The translations under genes and the position numbers were made by a program. The notes beneath the pieces were generated by a model. That model saw nothing but the letters and a program-made list of their open reading frames with translations, ran no database searches and was not told the DNA's origin. Shown here piece after piece: positions 36,373 through 45,606 of a stretch of 64,000 nucleotides of DNA. The stretch comes from Aquirufa sp. (GTDB lineage Bacteria > Bacteroidota > Bacteroidia > Cytophagales > Spirosomataceae), in contig NZ_JBIIBQ010000010.1 in assembly GCF_044239315.1 (NCBI RefSeq), forward strand, positions 22,405 to 86,404. The letters run 5' to 3'. Within the stretch, counting starts at the first letter, position 1. The number at the start of each line of letters is the position of its first letter.

Positions 36373-37680
36373 ATGAATTTTATTTCTTTGGACAAGCCTA
36401 CAACCTATACAAAAACGCTTCGTTTTCTACTAATCGTTTTGTTTCTAATCGTGTCTCCTGTTGTTTGGGCGCAAACCATTTTGAATTCACCGTATTCCTA
36501 TTTAGGTATGGGAGAGATTCAGAGTGGCGATAATGCTACTCAAATGATGATGGGTGGAATTGGCGTATCTAACTCGAATGGTATTTATGCTAACATGGTA
36601 AATCCTGCTTTGTTAGCTAGAAATCGTTATACGAATTTTGAAGTAGGGGTAAATACGGAATACAAAACTTTACAAGATTATCGTCAGCAACAAAAGATTT
36701 TTGGAGGAAATTATCAATCATTAAATTTGACTTTACCTATCAGTTCACGCTGGACGATGTCCGTGGGAATTCGCCCTCATTCGGCGGTGGGATATGAGAC
36801 GAAGTCGTTTCGCAGACTTAATTTATTGGGTGTGGATAGTTTGATTTATTCTTACAAAGGAAGTGGCGGGGTAAGTAAAGTTTCCATTTTAAATGGTGTT
36901 CGATTAGCTAAAGAGTTCTATGTTGGATTACAAATGGATTACTTATTTGGCCAAGTAAATCGTAACGTTGCGACACAGAATTTGTCAGATGGTCAATTCT
37001 ATAAAGTGCAATTAGAAGATTTGTCTTCTTATTCTGATTTTCAGTTTAAGGCAGGTTTTGCTTATCGTCAAAAAATCAAGTCAGATATATTTTTGAATGT
37101 AGGGGCTACTCTTGATCTGAGCTCATCAATTAATGTAAATCAGACTAAGCGTTTCGCGACATTTGACGTTTCAGGTTTAAGTATTATAAATGCGGATACA
37201 CTAGATAAACCTGCTGCATCTGTACAACAAATTCCGGTAACCAAGCGTTATGGTCTTAGTATCGAGAAATTAGCAAATTGGATGTTTGGAGTAGATTATA
37301 CGACTACAGATTGGAGTAAAGTTACTAACAATTTAGGTCGGTCTACTTCTTTACCCACTTCTCATAAAGTTTCAATTGGAGGAGAATACACTCCCGATAT
37401 TGAATCAATTTCAAATTATTTCAAACGTACTACCTACAGAGTGGGTGGTTCCATTGAGAAAACCCCCTATGATTTCCTAGGTAATGGAAGTTATGCGATG
37501 GATAAGAACGTTAGCTTTGGGCTTGCCTTACCGCTTCGCAATCTATCTCTTCTAAACATCGCCTACCAACTAGGTCGTCGTGGTTTGATTACAGAAAATG
37601 GGATGGAGGAACAATATCAAAGAATAACTTTGGGATTAACCTTTAGTGATCTTTGGTTCCAAAAGCAGAAAATCAACTAA
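36373..37680 (+). CDS. Putative outer-membrane beta-barrel protein (function unknown)
   Basis: Start moved to ATG 36373. The signal peptide ends VVWAQ. Alternating-hydrophobic beta-strand patterns occur throughout, and the C-terminal segment is aromatic-rich (ITLGLTFSDLWF). It lies directly upstream of the lptC-like gene. Confidence 0.45.
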   Translation: MNFISLDKPTTYTKTLRFLLIVLFLIVSPVVWAQTILNSPYSYLGMGEIQSGDNATQMMMGGIGVSNSNGIYANMVNPALLARNRYTNFEVGVNTEYKTLQDYRQQQKIFGGNYQSLNLTLPISSRWTMSVGIRPHSAVGYETKSFRRLNLLGVDSLIYSYKGSGGVSKVSILNGVRLAKEFYVGLQMDYLFGQVNRNVATQNLSDGQFYKVQLEDLSSYSDFQFKAGFAYRQKIKSDIFLNVGATLDLSSSINVNQTKRFATFDVSGLSIINADTLDKPAASVQQIPVTKRYGLSIEKLANWMFGVDYTTTDWSKVTNNLGRSTSLPTSHKVSIGGEYTPDIESISNYFKRTTYRVGGSIEKTPYDFLGNGSYAMDKNVSFGLALPLRNLSLLNIAYQLGRRGLITENGMEEQYQRITLGLTFSDLWFQKQKIN

Positions 37681-37689
37681 TTTGCTCTC

Positions 37690-38232
37690 ATGCGCAATTC
37701 GAGCCTACTCTTTTTGCTCTTGGTTACTTGCACTTTTTTTTCCTGTCGCGAAAAGGCGGATGATTCTAAGACTTTCTATTCTGGTCCGAAATCTGAATTG
37801 TTTGGTATTGATATGGTTTATTCAGATTCTGCCAGAAAAGTCGTAAGAATGTTGACGGATGTCCAATTGACATTATCTACAGAGGATCGAGTCTATCCGA
37901 AAGAAGTTAAACTTTGGTTTTATGATAAAAAAGGAAGGATTACCTCAGAGGTTCGAGGTGATTCTGCACATTATTTTCGTGTAAAAAATACCTACAAGCT
38001 GATTGGACACGTTGTTATTAACAACATTGAAAAAGAAGAAACCCTGAAGACGGATGAGTTCAATTGGGTGGTTTCAGAAAAACGGATATTTACTGACAAG
38101 CCGGTTCAATTAAGAACCCGATCTGAATTAGTCAATGGGGTGGGTCTTGATGCCGCCCAAGATTTTTCTACCTATTCCTTGAGACAAGTACGTAATTCGG
38201 TCGTTGCCGTGGAGGGATTGCCTACCAATTAG
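37690..38232 (+). CDS. lptC: LptC-like periplasmic LPS-export lipoprotein
   Basis: The 180-aa protein has lipobox FFSC. Its OstA-like repeated beta pattern includes GDSAHYFRVKNTYKLIGHVVINN...TDEFNWVVSEKRIFTDKPV. Confidence 0.6.
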   Translation: MRNSSLLFLLLVTCTFFSCREKADDSKTFYSGPKSELFGIDMVYSDSARKVVRMLTDVQLTLSTEDRVYPKEVKLWFYDKKGRITSEVRGDSAHYFRVKNTYKLIGHVVINNIEKEETLKTDEFNWVVSEKRIFTDKPVQLRTRSELVNGVGLDAAQDFSTYSLRQVRNSVVAVEGLPTN

Positions 38233-38603
38233 CGACAGTTTTTTAGTGCTAATTTCACACTGTCTATTGGATAAATCTGCTTTTTAGCGCCCCATTTTTC
38301 ACGCATGTACGTAGTCAATTCCGCGATATCTAATGTTTGAAGTTTAGCATTAGCAGGCATAAACCCATTACCTTTCTTTCCATTTCTAATTAAGCAAGCT
38401 AGCGCCTCCGGACTCAAATTCGATTTTTGAATCGAAGGGTACAAATCACGTAATCCCGCGCCATCTGCCTGGTGGCAATTTTCACAATGCGTTTGATATA
38501 AGGCCATGCCTTCAACGGAATATTGCTGCTGGAGTATTTCCTCCTTGCTTTGGCAAGAGAAAAAGAAAAATGCGACGATTGCGATAGGGATGTAATTTTT
38601 CAT
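38229..38603 (-). CDS. c-type cytochrome lipoprotein (class I)
   Basis: It has lipobox FFSC, heme-binding CENCH, and a distal Met candidate in GNGFMPAN. Confidence 0.8.
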   Translation of the reverse strand: MKNYIPIAIVAFFFFSCQSKEEILQQQYSVEGMALYQTHCENCHQADGAGLRDLYPSIQKSNLSPEALACLIRNGKKGNGFMPANAKLQTLDIAELTTYMREKWGAKKQIYPIDSVKLALKNCR

Positions 38604-38605
38604 AT

Positions 38606-38673
38606 TTCAAAGTTCAAAGCTCAAAGCTCAAAGTTCAAAGAGTTGTATTTGATCTTTGCTCTTTGAACTTTGG
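38606..38673. repeat. Heptanucleotide array TTCAAAG x5 plus inverted partial copy, forming a 14-bp stem
   Basis: ttcaaag ttcaaag ctcaaag ctcaaag ttcaaag spans 38606-38640. CAAAGTTCAAAGAG (38629-38642) pairs perfectly with CTCTTTGAACTTTG (38659-38672) around a 16-nt loop. Confidence 0.8.
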
Positions 38674-38681
38674 TATTTTTT

Positions 38682-38718
38682 AAAGGAGTAAAAATGCCAA
38701 AGGCATTTTTACTCCTTT
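38682..38718 (-). terminator. 17-bp perfect hairpin spanning the stop codon of the SCO-family gene
   Basis: AAAGGAGTAAAAATGCC aaa GGCATTTTTACTCCTTT. On the minus strand A residues follow rather than a U-run, so it is not a canonical intrinsic terminator. Confidence 0.4.
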
Positions 38719-39320
38719 AAAAGCAACTCCATATCCTCCAACAAATGATTCACTTCAGCTTCCACTGTACCATCATAAATGCCTCTGACATGTCTGTTTT
38801 TGTCTACTAAAATAAAGGCTCCACTATGCACAAATCCACCTGCCTCATTCGGATCTTCTTGCGCGGAAACTAGATAACTTTTTTGGCCTAATCTATAAAT
38901 GGAAGCTTTATCGCCCGTCAATAAATTCCATTTAGGAGCCTTTACTTGCAAGCGTGTAGCATAATCTTTTAGAACAGAGGTGTTATCGAAATCAGGATCA
39001 ATGCTATGTGAAATAATGCGTACATCGTCACGCTCTTTATAACGCTCATAAATGCGCAACATCTGTGTTTTCATTTTAGGGCAAATGGTAGGACAAGTGG
39101 TGAAGAAGAAATCAGCCACATACACTCTACCCGCCACGTCTTTCTCTGTAACGATAACGGAATCTTGATTTAAAAATTGAAACGCTGGAATCTGATGATA
39201 TACCGTGTCACCTTTCGCGTTCACTGTTTTAGGTCCCAAGAAGGGTAATTTCTTTTCTTGAGAACAGGAGAATAGGATCACGGAGAGCAGTAAACTAAGG
39301 ACGGTATTTTTGTGCTGCAT
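38709..39320 (-). CDS. SCO1/SenC-family copper chaperone / thiol-disulfide protein
   Basis: It has lipobox LFSC, a thioredoxin-fold CxxxC (FFFTTCPTICP) and a conserved downstream His (ISHSIDP). Confidence 0.85.
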   Translation of the reverse strand: MQHKNTVLSLLLSVILFSCSQEKKLPFLGPKTVNAKGDTVYHQIPAFQFLNQDSVIVTEKDVAGRVYVADFFFTTCPTICPKMKTQMLRIYERYKERDDVRIISHSIDPDFDNTSVLKDYATRLQVKAPKWNLLTGDKASIYRLGQKSYLVSAQEDPNEAGGFVHSGAFILVDKNRHVRGIYDGTVEAEVNHLLEDMELLLKE

Positions 39321-39675
39321 TGAGGGTAGAATCTGTCAGTTTTTGAAGATCAGTTAATTGTGTGTATTGTTTCTTGAGATAAATCACCTTTGTTCCTACA
39401 TCCATTTTTTCCAAACTATCGATAGAGAACTGGTGCATCCAATCCATCATGGATTTGTCTGCTTTATCTAAGGAACTAATCAGTTTGCGAACGTGTGTAG
39501 AATCTGCTCCGGTTGAAAGGCTGTCTAATTTCGATTTTAAAGAAACGATTTGTTCTGTTTTAGGCATTAAAACATCATGCAACTCGAGTACTTTTGTTTG
39601 TAATTCTTCACTTATTTTTTCCTCCGCTTGCGAGCAACCGACTAGCAAAAGACAAAAAGCCACTAATTTTTTCAT
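39295..39675 (-). CDS. Small helical lipoprotein, function unknown
   Basis: It has lipobox LLVGC, 126 aa and heptad-like helical sequence. It overlaps both neighbours, recN by 4 nt and the SCO gene by 26 nt, so it is probably co-transcribed. Confidence 0.5.
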   Translation of the reverse strand: MKKLVAFCLLLVGCSQAEEKISEELQTKVLELHDVLMPKTEQIVSLKSKLDSLSTGADSTHVRKLISSLDKADKSMMDWMHQFSIDSLEKMDVGTKVIYLKKQYTQLTDLQKLTDSTLNAAQKYRP

Positions 39676-41333
39676 ACGTGTGATTGGATTAGATTTCGAA
39701 CATTGTCGAGCAAATCTCGGTAGCCTTGTTGACCTCCGATCATTTTAGCGATTTCTTCTACGCGTTCTTCTTCTACTAACTCCCGAAGGTTCGAAACAGT
39801 TTTCAATCCTGCGTGATCTTTGTAAACAAACCAGTGCTTGGATCCAGCTGCTGCGATTTGAGGAAGATGTGTGATGGCGATGATTTGATGCCCTTGACCC
39901 ATTTGGCTGAGCATTTGACCCATCTTGATGGCGATTTCACCAGAAACTCCGGTGTCGATTTCATCCAAAATAAGGGAAGGCAAAGCTCTTTTGTTCGCTA
40001 ATAGGTGCTTTATAGAGAGCATCAAACGGCTCATTTCACCTCCTGAGGCGATTTGCTTGAATGGTTTAGGGGCTAAACCTTTGTTTGCAGAGAAAAGTAA
40101 TTGAATTTTGTCCGATCCATTCGCTGCTAATTCTTTGGCAGTCATCTCCCAGGCCAAATTTGCATTCGGAATGCCTAAGGACTTCAAGGAAACAACTAGC
40201 GCAGAAGAAATCGCATCCAAAACCGCTGAGCGAGACGAGGATAAGTCTGAAGCAGCTGTAGAGGCTACACTAAAATTAGCCTCTACGCGCGCCTTAGCCT
40301 CCTCTAACAGCGTATCCATGGAAGAATATTGAGAAAGTCGCAAATCAAGCGAATCGACTAATTCAATTAATTCGGTAACGTTGGACGCTTGGTATTTTTG
40401 CAATAAGCGATTCAGTAAGTCTAATCGCTTCTGTTTTTGTTCTAATTCCAGAGGGTCGTAGACGAAATCCTCTGCTTCTCCTTCGACTTCCGCCCCTAGA
40501 TCTTTCAATTCAATCCAAATCGATTCAATGCGTGTTTTCCAGTCTGCAAAATTCTCACCCCATTTACTCAAAGCCGTCGCTTGCTGTAGCGCAATGCGGC
40601 TTTGCTGAAGGGCTGAAACTTCTGACAAGCTAAGGGCCTGAGCTAATACGGCCAGTTTTTCCTGGATTTGTTCTGCATTTTGCAGTTTTTGGACCGCTGT
40701 ATCCAAGGCTTCATATTCGCCTTCTTTTAATTGCGCTTTGCTTAATTCATCGTATTGAAATTGGATGAAATCTAATTCTTGTGTTCCTTTAGTAGATTCT
40801 TGTTCTAAGGAACGCAAGGCGGAAACGCTAGACGACCAGGTGGAAAATGCCGAAAAATAGGCCTTTTTCAACGTTTCATTCTGGGCATAGGCGTCCACCA
40901 TGTCCAATGTAAAATCTGGATGGGACATCCACCACGTATCTTGCTGGGAGTGAATATCGACTAATTCGTTTCCGATTCGCTTTAAGGTTTCGAGCGTGAC
41001 AGGAGTGTCATTCACGAAGCTGCGCGATTTTCCTTGTGGGTTGATTTCTCGTCGAATCAGACAAGGCTCCTCGAAGTCGATTTCTTCTTCCTCAAAAACA
41101 GCTTGAATGTGTGTGAAAGAGCTAAGCGAAAATTGACCTTCGATGATGCATTTCTTCGAGGCATCGAATAGACTTTTGCTGTCGGCTCTTTGACCTAATA
41201 ATAAAGAGATAGCTCCTAATAAAATGGACTTTCCTGCACCTGTTTCACCAGTTATCACGGTCAGACCACCCGTCAAATGCAGGTCGAGCTGTTCGATCAA
41301 CGAGTAGTTTTGAATATGTAGGTGCTTCAACAT
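39672..41333 (-). CDS. recN: DNA repair protein RecN
   Basis: It has Walker A GETGAGKSILLGA, a long coiled-coil centre, signature ASGGEMSRLML and Walker B LILDEIDTGVSG. Confidence 0.95.
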   Translation of the reverse strand: MLKHLHIQNYSLIEQLDLHLTGGLTVITGETGAGKSILLGAISLLLGQRADSKSLFDASKKCIIEGQFSLSSFTHIQAVFEEEEIDFEEPCLIRREINPQGKSRSFVNDTPVTLETLKRIGNELVDIHSQQDTWWMSHPDFTLDMVDAYAQNETLKKAYFSAFSTWSSSVSALRSLEQESTKGTQELDFIQFQYDELSKAQLKEGEYEALDTAVQKLQNAEQIQEKLAVLAQALSLSEVSALQQSRIALQQATALSKWGENFADWKTRIESIWIELKDLGAEVEGEAEDFVYDPLELEQKQKRLDLLNRLLQKYQASNVTELIELVDSLDLRLSQYSSMDTLLEEAKARVEANFSVASTAASDLSSSRSAVLDAISSALVVSLKSLGIPNANLAWEMTAKELAANGSDKIQLLFSANKGLAPKPFKQIASGGEMSRLMLSIKHLLANKRALPSLILDEIDTGVSGEIAIKMGQMLSQMGQGHQIIAITHLPQIAAAGSKHWFVYKDHAGLKTVSNLRELVEEERVEEIAKMIGGQQGYRDLLDNVRNLIQSHV

Positions 41334-41394
41334 AGAGAAGGCAATTTACGCAAAAAAAATTGTTCGTATTTTTATTTCGTTCATCAATCAGCTT

Positions 41395-41427
41395 TTTGAT
41401 AATTTTTATCAATATTTTGTACCTTTG
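41395..41427 (+). promoter_or_regulatory. Candidate Bacteroidota promoter for sucD (-33 TTTG / -7 TAnnTTTG)
   Basis: TTTG at 41395-41398 and TACCTTTG at 41420-41427 are spaced 21 nt apart. The -7 box lies 39 nt upstream of ATG 41466. Confidence 0.5.
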
Positions 41428-41465
41428 GAAAAAATTTTCGCCTACGTTATTATAACCCCTAGCTA

Positions 41466-42344
41466 ATGAGTGTTTTAGTAAATAAGAATTCAAAAATTAT
41501 TGTTCAAGGTTTCACAGGTACAGAGGGAACTTTTCACGCGGAGCAAATGATTGCTTATGGTACCCAAGTGGTAGGTGGAGTTACCCCGGGTAAAGGTGGT
41601 GCTAAGCACTTAGATCGCCCTATTTTTAATACAGTAGCAGATGCAGTAGCTTCTACAGGAGCTGATACATCGATCATTTTCGTTCCACCGGCATTTGCTG
41701 CGGATGCGATTATGGAGGCTGCAGATGCAGGAATTAAAGTCATTATTTGTATCACGGAGGGCATTCCTACGAAAGATATGATCGTAGCGAAAGAATATAT
41801 TTCGAACTTCGAAACACGTTTAATCGGACCTAACTGCCCAGGTGTCATGACCGCTGACGAATGTAAAGTAGGTATTATGCCAGGCTTCATCTTCCAAAAA
41901 GGTCGTGTAGGTATCGTATCTAAATCAGGTACATTAACATACGAAGCAGTAGATCAATTAACAAAAGCAGGTTTAGGCCAAACAACAGCGATCGGTATCG
42001 GTGGTGATCCTATCATTGGAACAACTACTAAAGAGGCAGTTGAATTATTAATGAACGACCCAGAAACAGAAGGTATCGTGATGATCGGTGAGATCGGTGG
42101 CGGTATGGAAGCGGAAGCGGCTCGTTGGATTAAAGCAGATGGTAACCGTAAGCCAGTGGTTGGTTTCATTGCTGGCCAAACAGCTCCGAAAGGACGTCGT
42201 ATGGGTCACGCAGGTGCGATTATCGGTGGTGCAGATGACACGGCTGAAGCGAAAATGAAAATCATGCAAGAGTGTGGAATCCATGTGGTTTACTCTCCAG
42301 CTGATATTGGCGAGACAATGATTAAAGCATTAGCTGCTAAATAA
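41466..42344 (+). CDS. sucD: Succinyl-CoA synthetase alpha subunit
   Basis: It carries [21 protein letters not shown] and the phospho-His loop MGHAGAII. Confidence 0.95.
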   Translation: MSVLVNKNSKIIVQGFTGTEGTFHAEQMIAYGTQVVGGVTPGKGGAKHLDRPIFNTVADAVASTGADTSIIFVPPAFAADAIMEAADAGIKVIICITEGIPTKDMIVAKEYISNFETRLIGPNCPGVMTADECKVGIMPGFIFQKGRVGIVSKSGTLTYEAVDQLTKAGLGQTTAIGIGGDPIIGTTTKEAVELLMNDPETEGIVMIGEIGGGMEAEAARWIKADGNRKPVVGFIAGQTAPKGRRMGHAGAIIGGADDTAEAKMKIMQECGIHVVYSPADIGETMIKALAAK

Positions 42345-42414
42345 GTTGAATTAATTTCAAGGAATGATTCCTTTCTTTTTAAAATCTGCTCATTTGATTC
42401 CTTCTCGGAAAACG

Positions 42415-43536
42415 ATGAGCAGATTTTTTTTATGGGCTTTGTTATTGACAGCAGCTACTAGTCAGGCAGCCTGGAAGAAGGTATATTCCTTTGAACACGA
42501 CTGGTTAGTGTACCAAGAGGCTTGGAAAAGTTTCTTGCCCTATGTCTCATCGAAACATTACAATTATCATTCAAAGTCCTTGGAGTTGCATCCGCAGGAT
42601 TTCCCCAAAGCCTATTTGGCGATTACCCCTAAGGAAAATTACCATCTTTTTTTACAAGGAGCCTTGTTTAAGGACTTGAAGAAAGGGGTGACTTTTCGAT
42701 TTCCGCTGGATAGTATAAAGCAAAAAGTTATTTTAACCGTCTATTCTGAAAACTTAGAGGGGTTACCAGGTGAATTCTCCATAGAACGCAACGAAAAAAT
42801 TGTTGCGGTAGAAAAAGCTGATTTCTTTTCACTTCAAACACGATCGGGAGCGCCCTTCTCTAATTTCTTTTTATTAAGTATACTCTCTGTAATGGCCTGT
42901 TTGGGTTTATTGTTCTCTGCCTACCCACGTGTATTTATCTCCTTCTATCGCTATGCAGATTGGATTAGGTGGGAGGTAAAGGATGAGGTGTGGATGAGGC
43001 GACCATTTGCGTTACCTAATCTTTTGGTATTATTCACTTTGAGTTTAATCACCGCTTGTTTGGCCTATTTAACGGGTTTTAAAACTGCGCTTAAAGATGA
43101 GTTTTTCGGTAATGCGGATAACTTTGTAACTATCTGGCCCAGTGTTCTCTTTATTTTCTCTAAATTGGGCCTCTCTTTTTTACTATTTATCTCACGTTAT
43201 TTTGTTTATTATTTATTTACAGATTTATTTAAATTGAAGGGCTTAGCCAATGTTCATTATTTTAAATCTCTTCAAACAAATTTGCAATTTTTCACCATTC
43301 TATTTGCCACACTTTGTTTTTATGCGGTTTACGTAGGCCCTGCTACAGCGATTGATTTTAGTCCCATTTTATATATCGTAGATTTCTATTTCATATTTCG
43401 ATTCATTTATTTTTTCCAAAGCTTCCAGCGTAGTTTTTCCTTCCCTAAATTGTTTCTATTCATCTACCTTTTGATCATCGAAGGTCAGATTATCTTGTTT
43501 GGTATCAGGGAATTAATTTTTCCTTCTTACATCTAG
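42415..43536 (+). CDS. Polytopic membrane protein, DUF4271-like
   Basis: Start taken at ATG 42415 (MSRFFLWALLLTAATSQA). The C-terminal half has multiple TM helices. It sits immediately upstream of hemD, the usual position of DUF4271 genes in Bacteroidota. Confidence 0.5.
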   Translation: MSRFFLWALLLTAATSQAAWKKVYSFEHDWLVYQEAWKSFLPYVSSKHYNYHSKSLELHPQDFPKAYLAITPKENYHLFLQGALFKDLKKGVTFRFPLDSIKQKVILTVYSENLEGLPGEFSIERNEKIVAVEKADFFSLQTRSGAPFSNFFLLSILSVMACLGLLFSAYPRVFISFYRYADWIRWEVKDEVWMRRPFALPNLLVLFTLSLITACLAYLTGFKTALKDEFFGNADNFVTIWPSVLFIFSKLGLSFLLFISRYFVYYLFTDLFKLKGLANVHYFKSLQTNLQFFTILFATLCFYAVYVGPATAIDFSPILYIVDFYFIFRFIYFFQSFQRSFSFPKLFLFIYLLIIEGQIILFGIRELIFPSYI

Positions 43537-43566
43537 GCCAAGATAAAATTCTGTAAAAAATTGTCG

Positions 43567-43574
43567 TATATTTG
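43567..43574 (+). promoter_or_regulatory. Candidate -7 promoter box (TAnnTTTG) for hemD
   Basis: TATATTTG lies 49 nt upstream of ATG 43623. Confidence 0.4.
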
Positions 43575-43622
43575 CACTCTGAATTTTAAGGCTGGTATTT
43601 TTCCAGTAAAAATTGATTGATT

Positions 43623-44402
43623 ATGAGTAAAACTGCAATTGAAGAAACGAGTCGTTTAAAGAAAGTAAAGAGTATTCTTGTTACTCAATCTGCACCTGCA
43701 GATGCAAAATCCCCTTACTTTGAAATAGAAAAAAAGTATAATGTAAAGGTGGATTTCAGACCTTTCATTGAAGTTCAAGGAATTGCTTACAAGGAATTTA
43801 GAAAGCAAAAAATTGAAATTCTTCAGCATACAGCTATCATATTTACAAGCCGTCATGCGATCGATCATTTCTTCCGTATGTGTAAAGAGGCAAAGCAGGA
43901 AGTTCCTACAGATATGAAGTATTTCTGCATTACGGAACAGACAGCGAATTATTTGCAAAAATATATTGTGATTCGTAAGCGTAAGGTGTTTACGGGTACG
44001 AAGACAGCCCTAGATTTATTAGAAATAATTAAGAAACACAAGGGAGAGAAATTTTTGTTCCCTTGTTCTAATAAGCGCCAAAAAGATCTTCCAGATTATA
44101 TGGGCACTAACGACTTCCAAATTACAGAAGCGGTTATGTATGAAACCGTTTCAGCAGATCTATCCGATTTAGAGAATGTATTTTATGATGTAATTGCTTT
44201 CTTTAGCCCTTCAGGAATCACTTCTTTATTTCAGAATTTTCCAGATTTTAAGCAAAACAATACACGTTTGGCTGCTTTTGGGCCCACAACTGCGCAAGCT
44301 GTGGTCGATGCTGGATTAATTGTAGATATTCAAGCACCTATGCCGAATGCTCCTTCGATGACCGGAGCTCTTGAACATTACATAAAGCAAGTAAATAAAT
44401 AA
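43623..44402 (+). CDS. hemD: Uroporphyrinogen-III synthase
   Basis: The call rests on the HEM4-like two-lobe pattern, with ILVTQSAP...FIEV in the N-terminal lobe and FFSPSGITSLF in the second. The ~260 aa length and the conserved neighbourhood also support it. Confidence 0.7.
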   Translation: MSKTAIEETSRLKKVKSILVTQSAPADAKSPYFEIEKKYNVKVDFRPFIEVQGIAYKEFRKQKIEILQHTAIIFTSRHAIDHFFRMCKEAKQEVPTDMKYFCITEQTANYLQKYIVIRKRKVFTGTKTALDLLEIIKKHKGEKFLFPCSNKRQKDLPDYMGTNDFQITEAVMYETVSADLSDLENVFYDVIAFFSPSGITSLFQNFPDFKQNNTRLAAFGPTTAQAVVDAGLIVDIQAPMPNAPSMTGALEHYIKQVNK

Positions 44403-44408
44403 TAAAAA

Positions 44409-44431
44409 AGCCTCTTCAATGAGGCTTTTTT
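44409..44431 (+). terminator. Rho-independent terminator after hemD
   Basis: AGCCTC ttcaat GAGGCT is followed by TTTTT and preceded by an A-run. Confidence 0.75.
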
Positions 44432-44463
44432 ATTATTTTAGCCTACCTATTTTCATCCAACGA

Positions 44464-45456
44464 ATGAAACGCAGCTTGAGTATCTTAATAAAGTCATGTC
44501 ATTCCCTGCTTCTTGTGGGTTCTTTATTCGTTTGTTTTTCGCCCCTATTTGCCCAGCAAAGTCCGCAATTCAGCATTTTTTCTGCCAATTCTACCTTGAT
44601 TAATCCGGCTTTTTCGGGTTGGAAATCGTCTAATTATGTGGCAGTACAATTCCGAGATCAATGGTCTGGATATACGACAACAACGGATGGTGCAGGGAAT
44701 TTAGGAACTACCTGGGTGTCAAGCTCGTTTGGAGTAACGCCTAATGTAGGATTAGGAGTTATTTTTTATTCAGACAGAACGCCATCTGGAGTATCTCAAC
44801 AGTCTTTTAAAGTACTAGGAGCCTATCATTTAAGGAAAGGTGAAGGTACTTGGTCCTTTGGATTTTCTGCCGGAACTCAAACTAAAACATTTGATGGTCG
44901 CTCCTTTCGTGTAAGAGACCCCAATGATCCCGTTACATCGTTATTTTCGGGTTCTACTGCCAGTCAAGCTATTCTTGATTTTGGGGCAGGAATTCTCTAT
45001 TCAAAATCGAATTGGCAAGTAGGCATTTCTGTTGATCATATAAATTCACCTAATTTTTCTTTTAAAGGGTATTCTGTTTTAATGCCTTTGGAACAAGTCT
45101 ATTCCTTAAATGGAAGCGCTGAGATTCCATTGAACGATTACTTTGATGTGTCTCCCTATGCCCTATTGAGAGCTTATTCTGGAAATTTAGTTCCTGAAGC
45201 AGGTGCAAGAATTTATTATAATAAACTTTTTTATGTAGGAACTGGTTATAGACATGGAGATGCTGCCATGGGCTTATTGGGAGTGTCTATTTTAGACAAT
45301 AAATTAGATATCGGTTATTCTTTGGATTTAGCTGTAGCTAATTCGTTGGCTAAGAGGCCTTTATCTCATGAAATTGCCATCAGGTACCAGATTCCTGAAC
45401 GAATGAAGAAGAGTAAAGTGGTACCTATTCGAACTCCAAGGTTTAGAATCTTGTAG
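44464..45456 (+). CDS. porP: PorP/SprF-family T9SS outer-membrane protein
   Basis: Start moved to ATG 44464, because the 44419 extension would include the hemD terminator. After the signal peptide comes QQSPQFSIFSANSTLINPAFSG, the family N-terminal motif. It lies directly upstream of gldK. Confidence 0.8.
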   Translation: MKRSLSILIKSCHSLLLVGSLFVCFSPLFAQQSPQFSIFSANSTLINPAFSGWKSSNYVAVQFRDQWSGYTTTTDGAGNLGTTWVSSSFGVTPNVGLGVIFYSDRTPSGVSQQSFKVLGAYHLRKGEGTWSFGFSAGTQTKTFDGRSFRVRDPNDPVTSLFSGSTASQAILDFGAGILYSKSNWQVGISVDHINSPNFSFKGYSVLMPLEQVYSLNGSAEIPLNDYFDVSPYALLRAYSGNLVPEAGARIYYNKLFYVGTGYRHGDAAMGLLGVSILDNKLDIGYSLDLAVANSLAKRPLSHEIAIRYQIPERMKKSKVVPIRTPRFRIL

Positions 45457-45519
45457 TTTATGGATAAATTCATGGTGCTAAGTTTTTTAATTAATACTGA
45501 TATATTCATTAAAAACATT

Positions 45520-45527
45520 TAAATTTG
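45520..45527 (+). promoter_or_regulatory. Candidate -7 promoter box (TAnnTTTG) for the gldKLMN operon
   Basis: TAAATTTG lies 80 nt upstream of ATG 45607. No clear -33 element was seen. Confidence 0.35.
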
Positions 45528-45606
45528 AAAGATTGTGTGAGTTGAGAATGATGAAGACAATTTATTTACATTATTTTCGTTCACCTAATTACTATAATAA
45601 TCGAAT

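Noticed and set aside
36268-36395. Mutually overlapping 5' extensions of the divergent MscS-family and outer-membrane protein ORFs.
   Set aside because: Both cannot be real. Internal ATGs at 36278 and 36373 give sensible N-termini, the latter a signal peptide. They also leave a 94-nt divergent promoter region.
23899-38673. Whether the short tandem arrays could be CRISPR arrays.
   Set aside because: The period is 7 nt with no spacers. The units are degenerate, and there are no cas genes. This does not fit a CRISPR array.
41245-41493. An 82-aa minus-strand ORF spanning the recN start and the sucD promoter region.
   Set aside because: It overlaps the recN 5' end out of frame and covers the sucD promoter and start. 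The translation is implausible.
44419-44463. An upstream extension of the porP/sprF ORF.
   Set aside because: The extension would begin inside the hemD terminator hairpin. Met 44464 gives a normal signal peptide.
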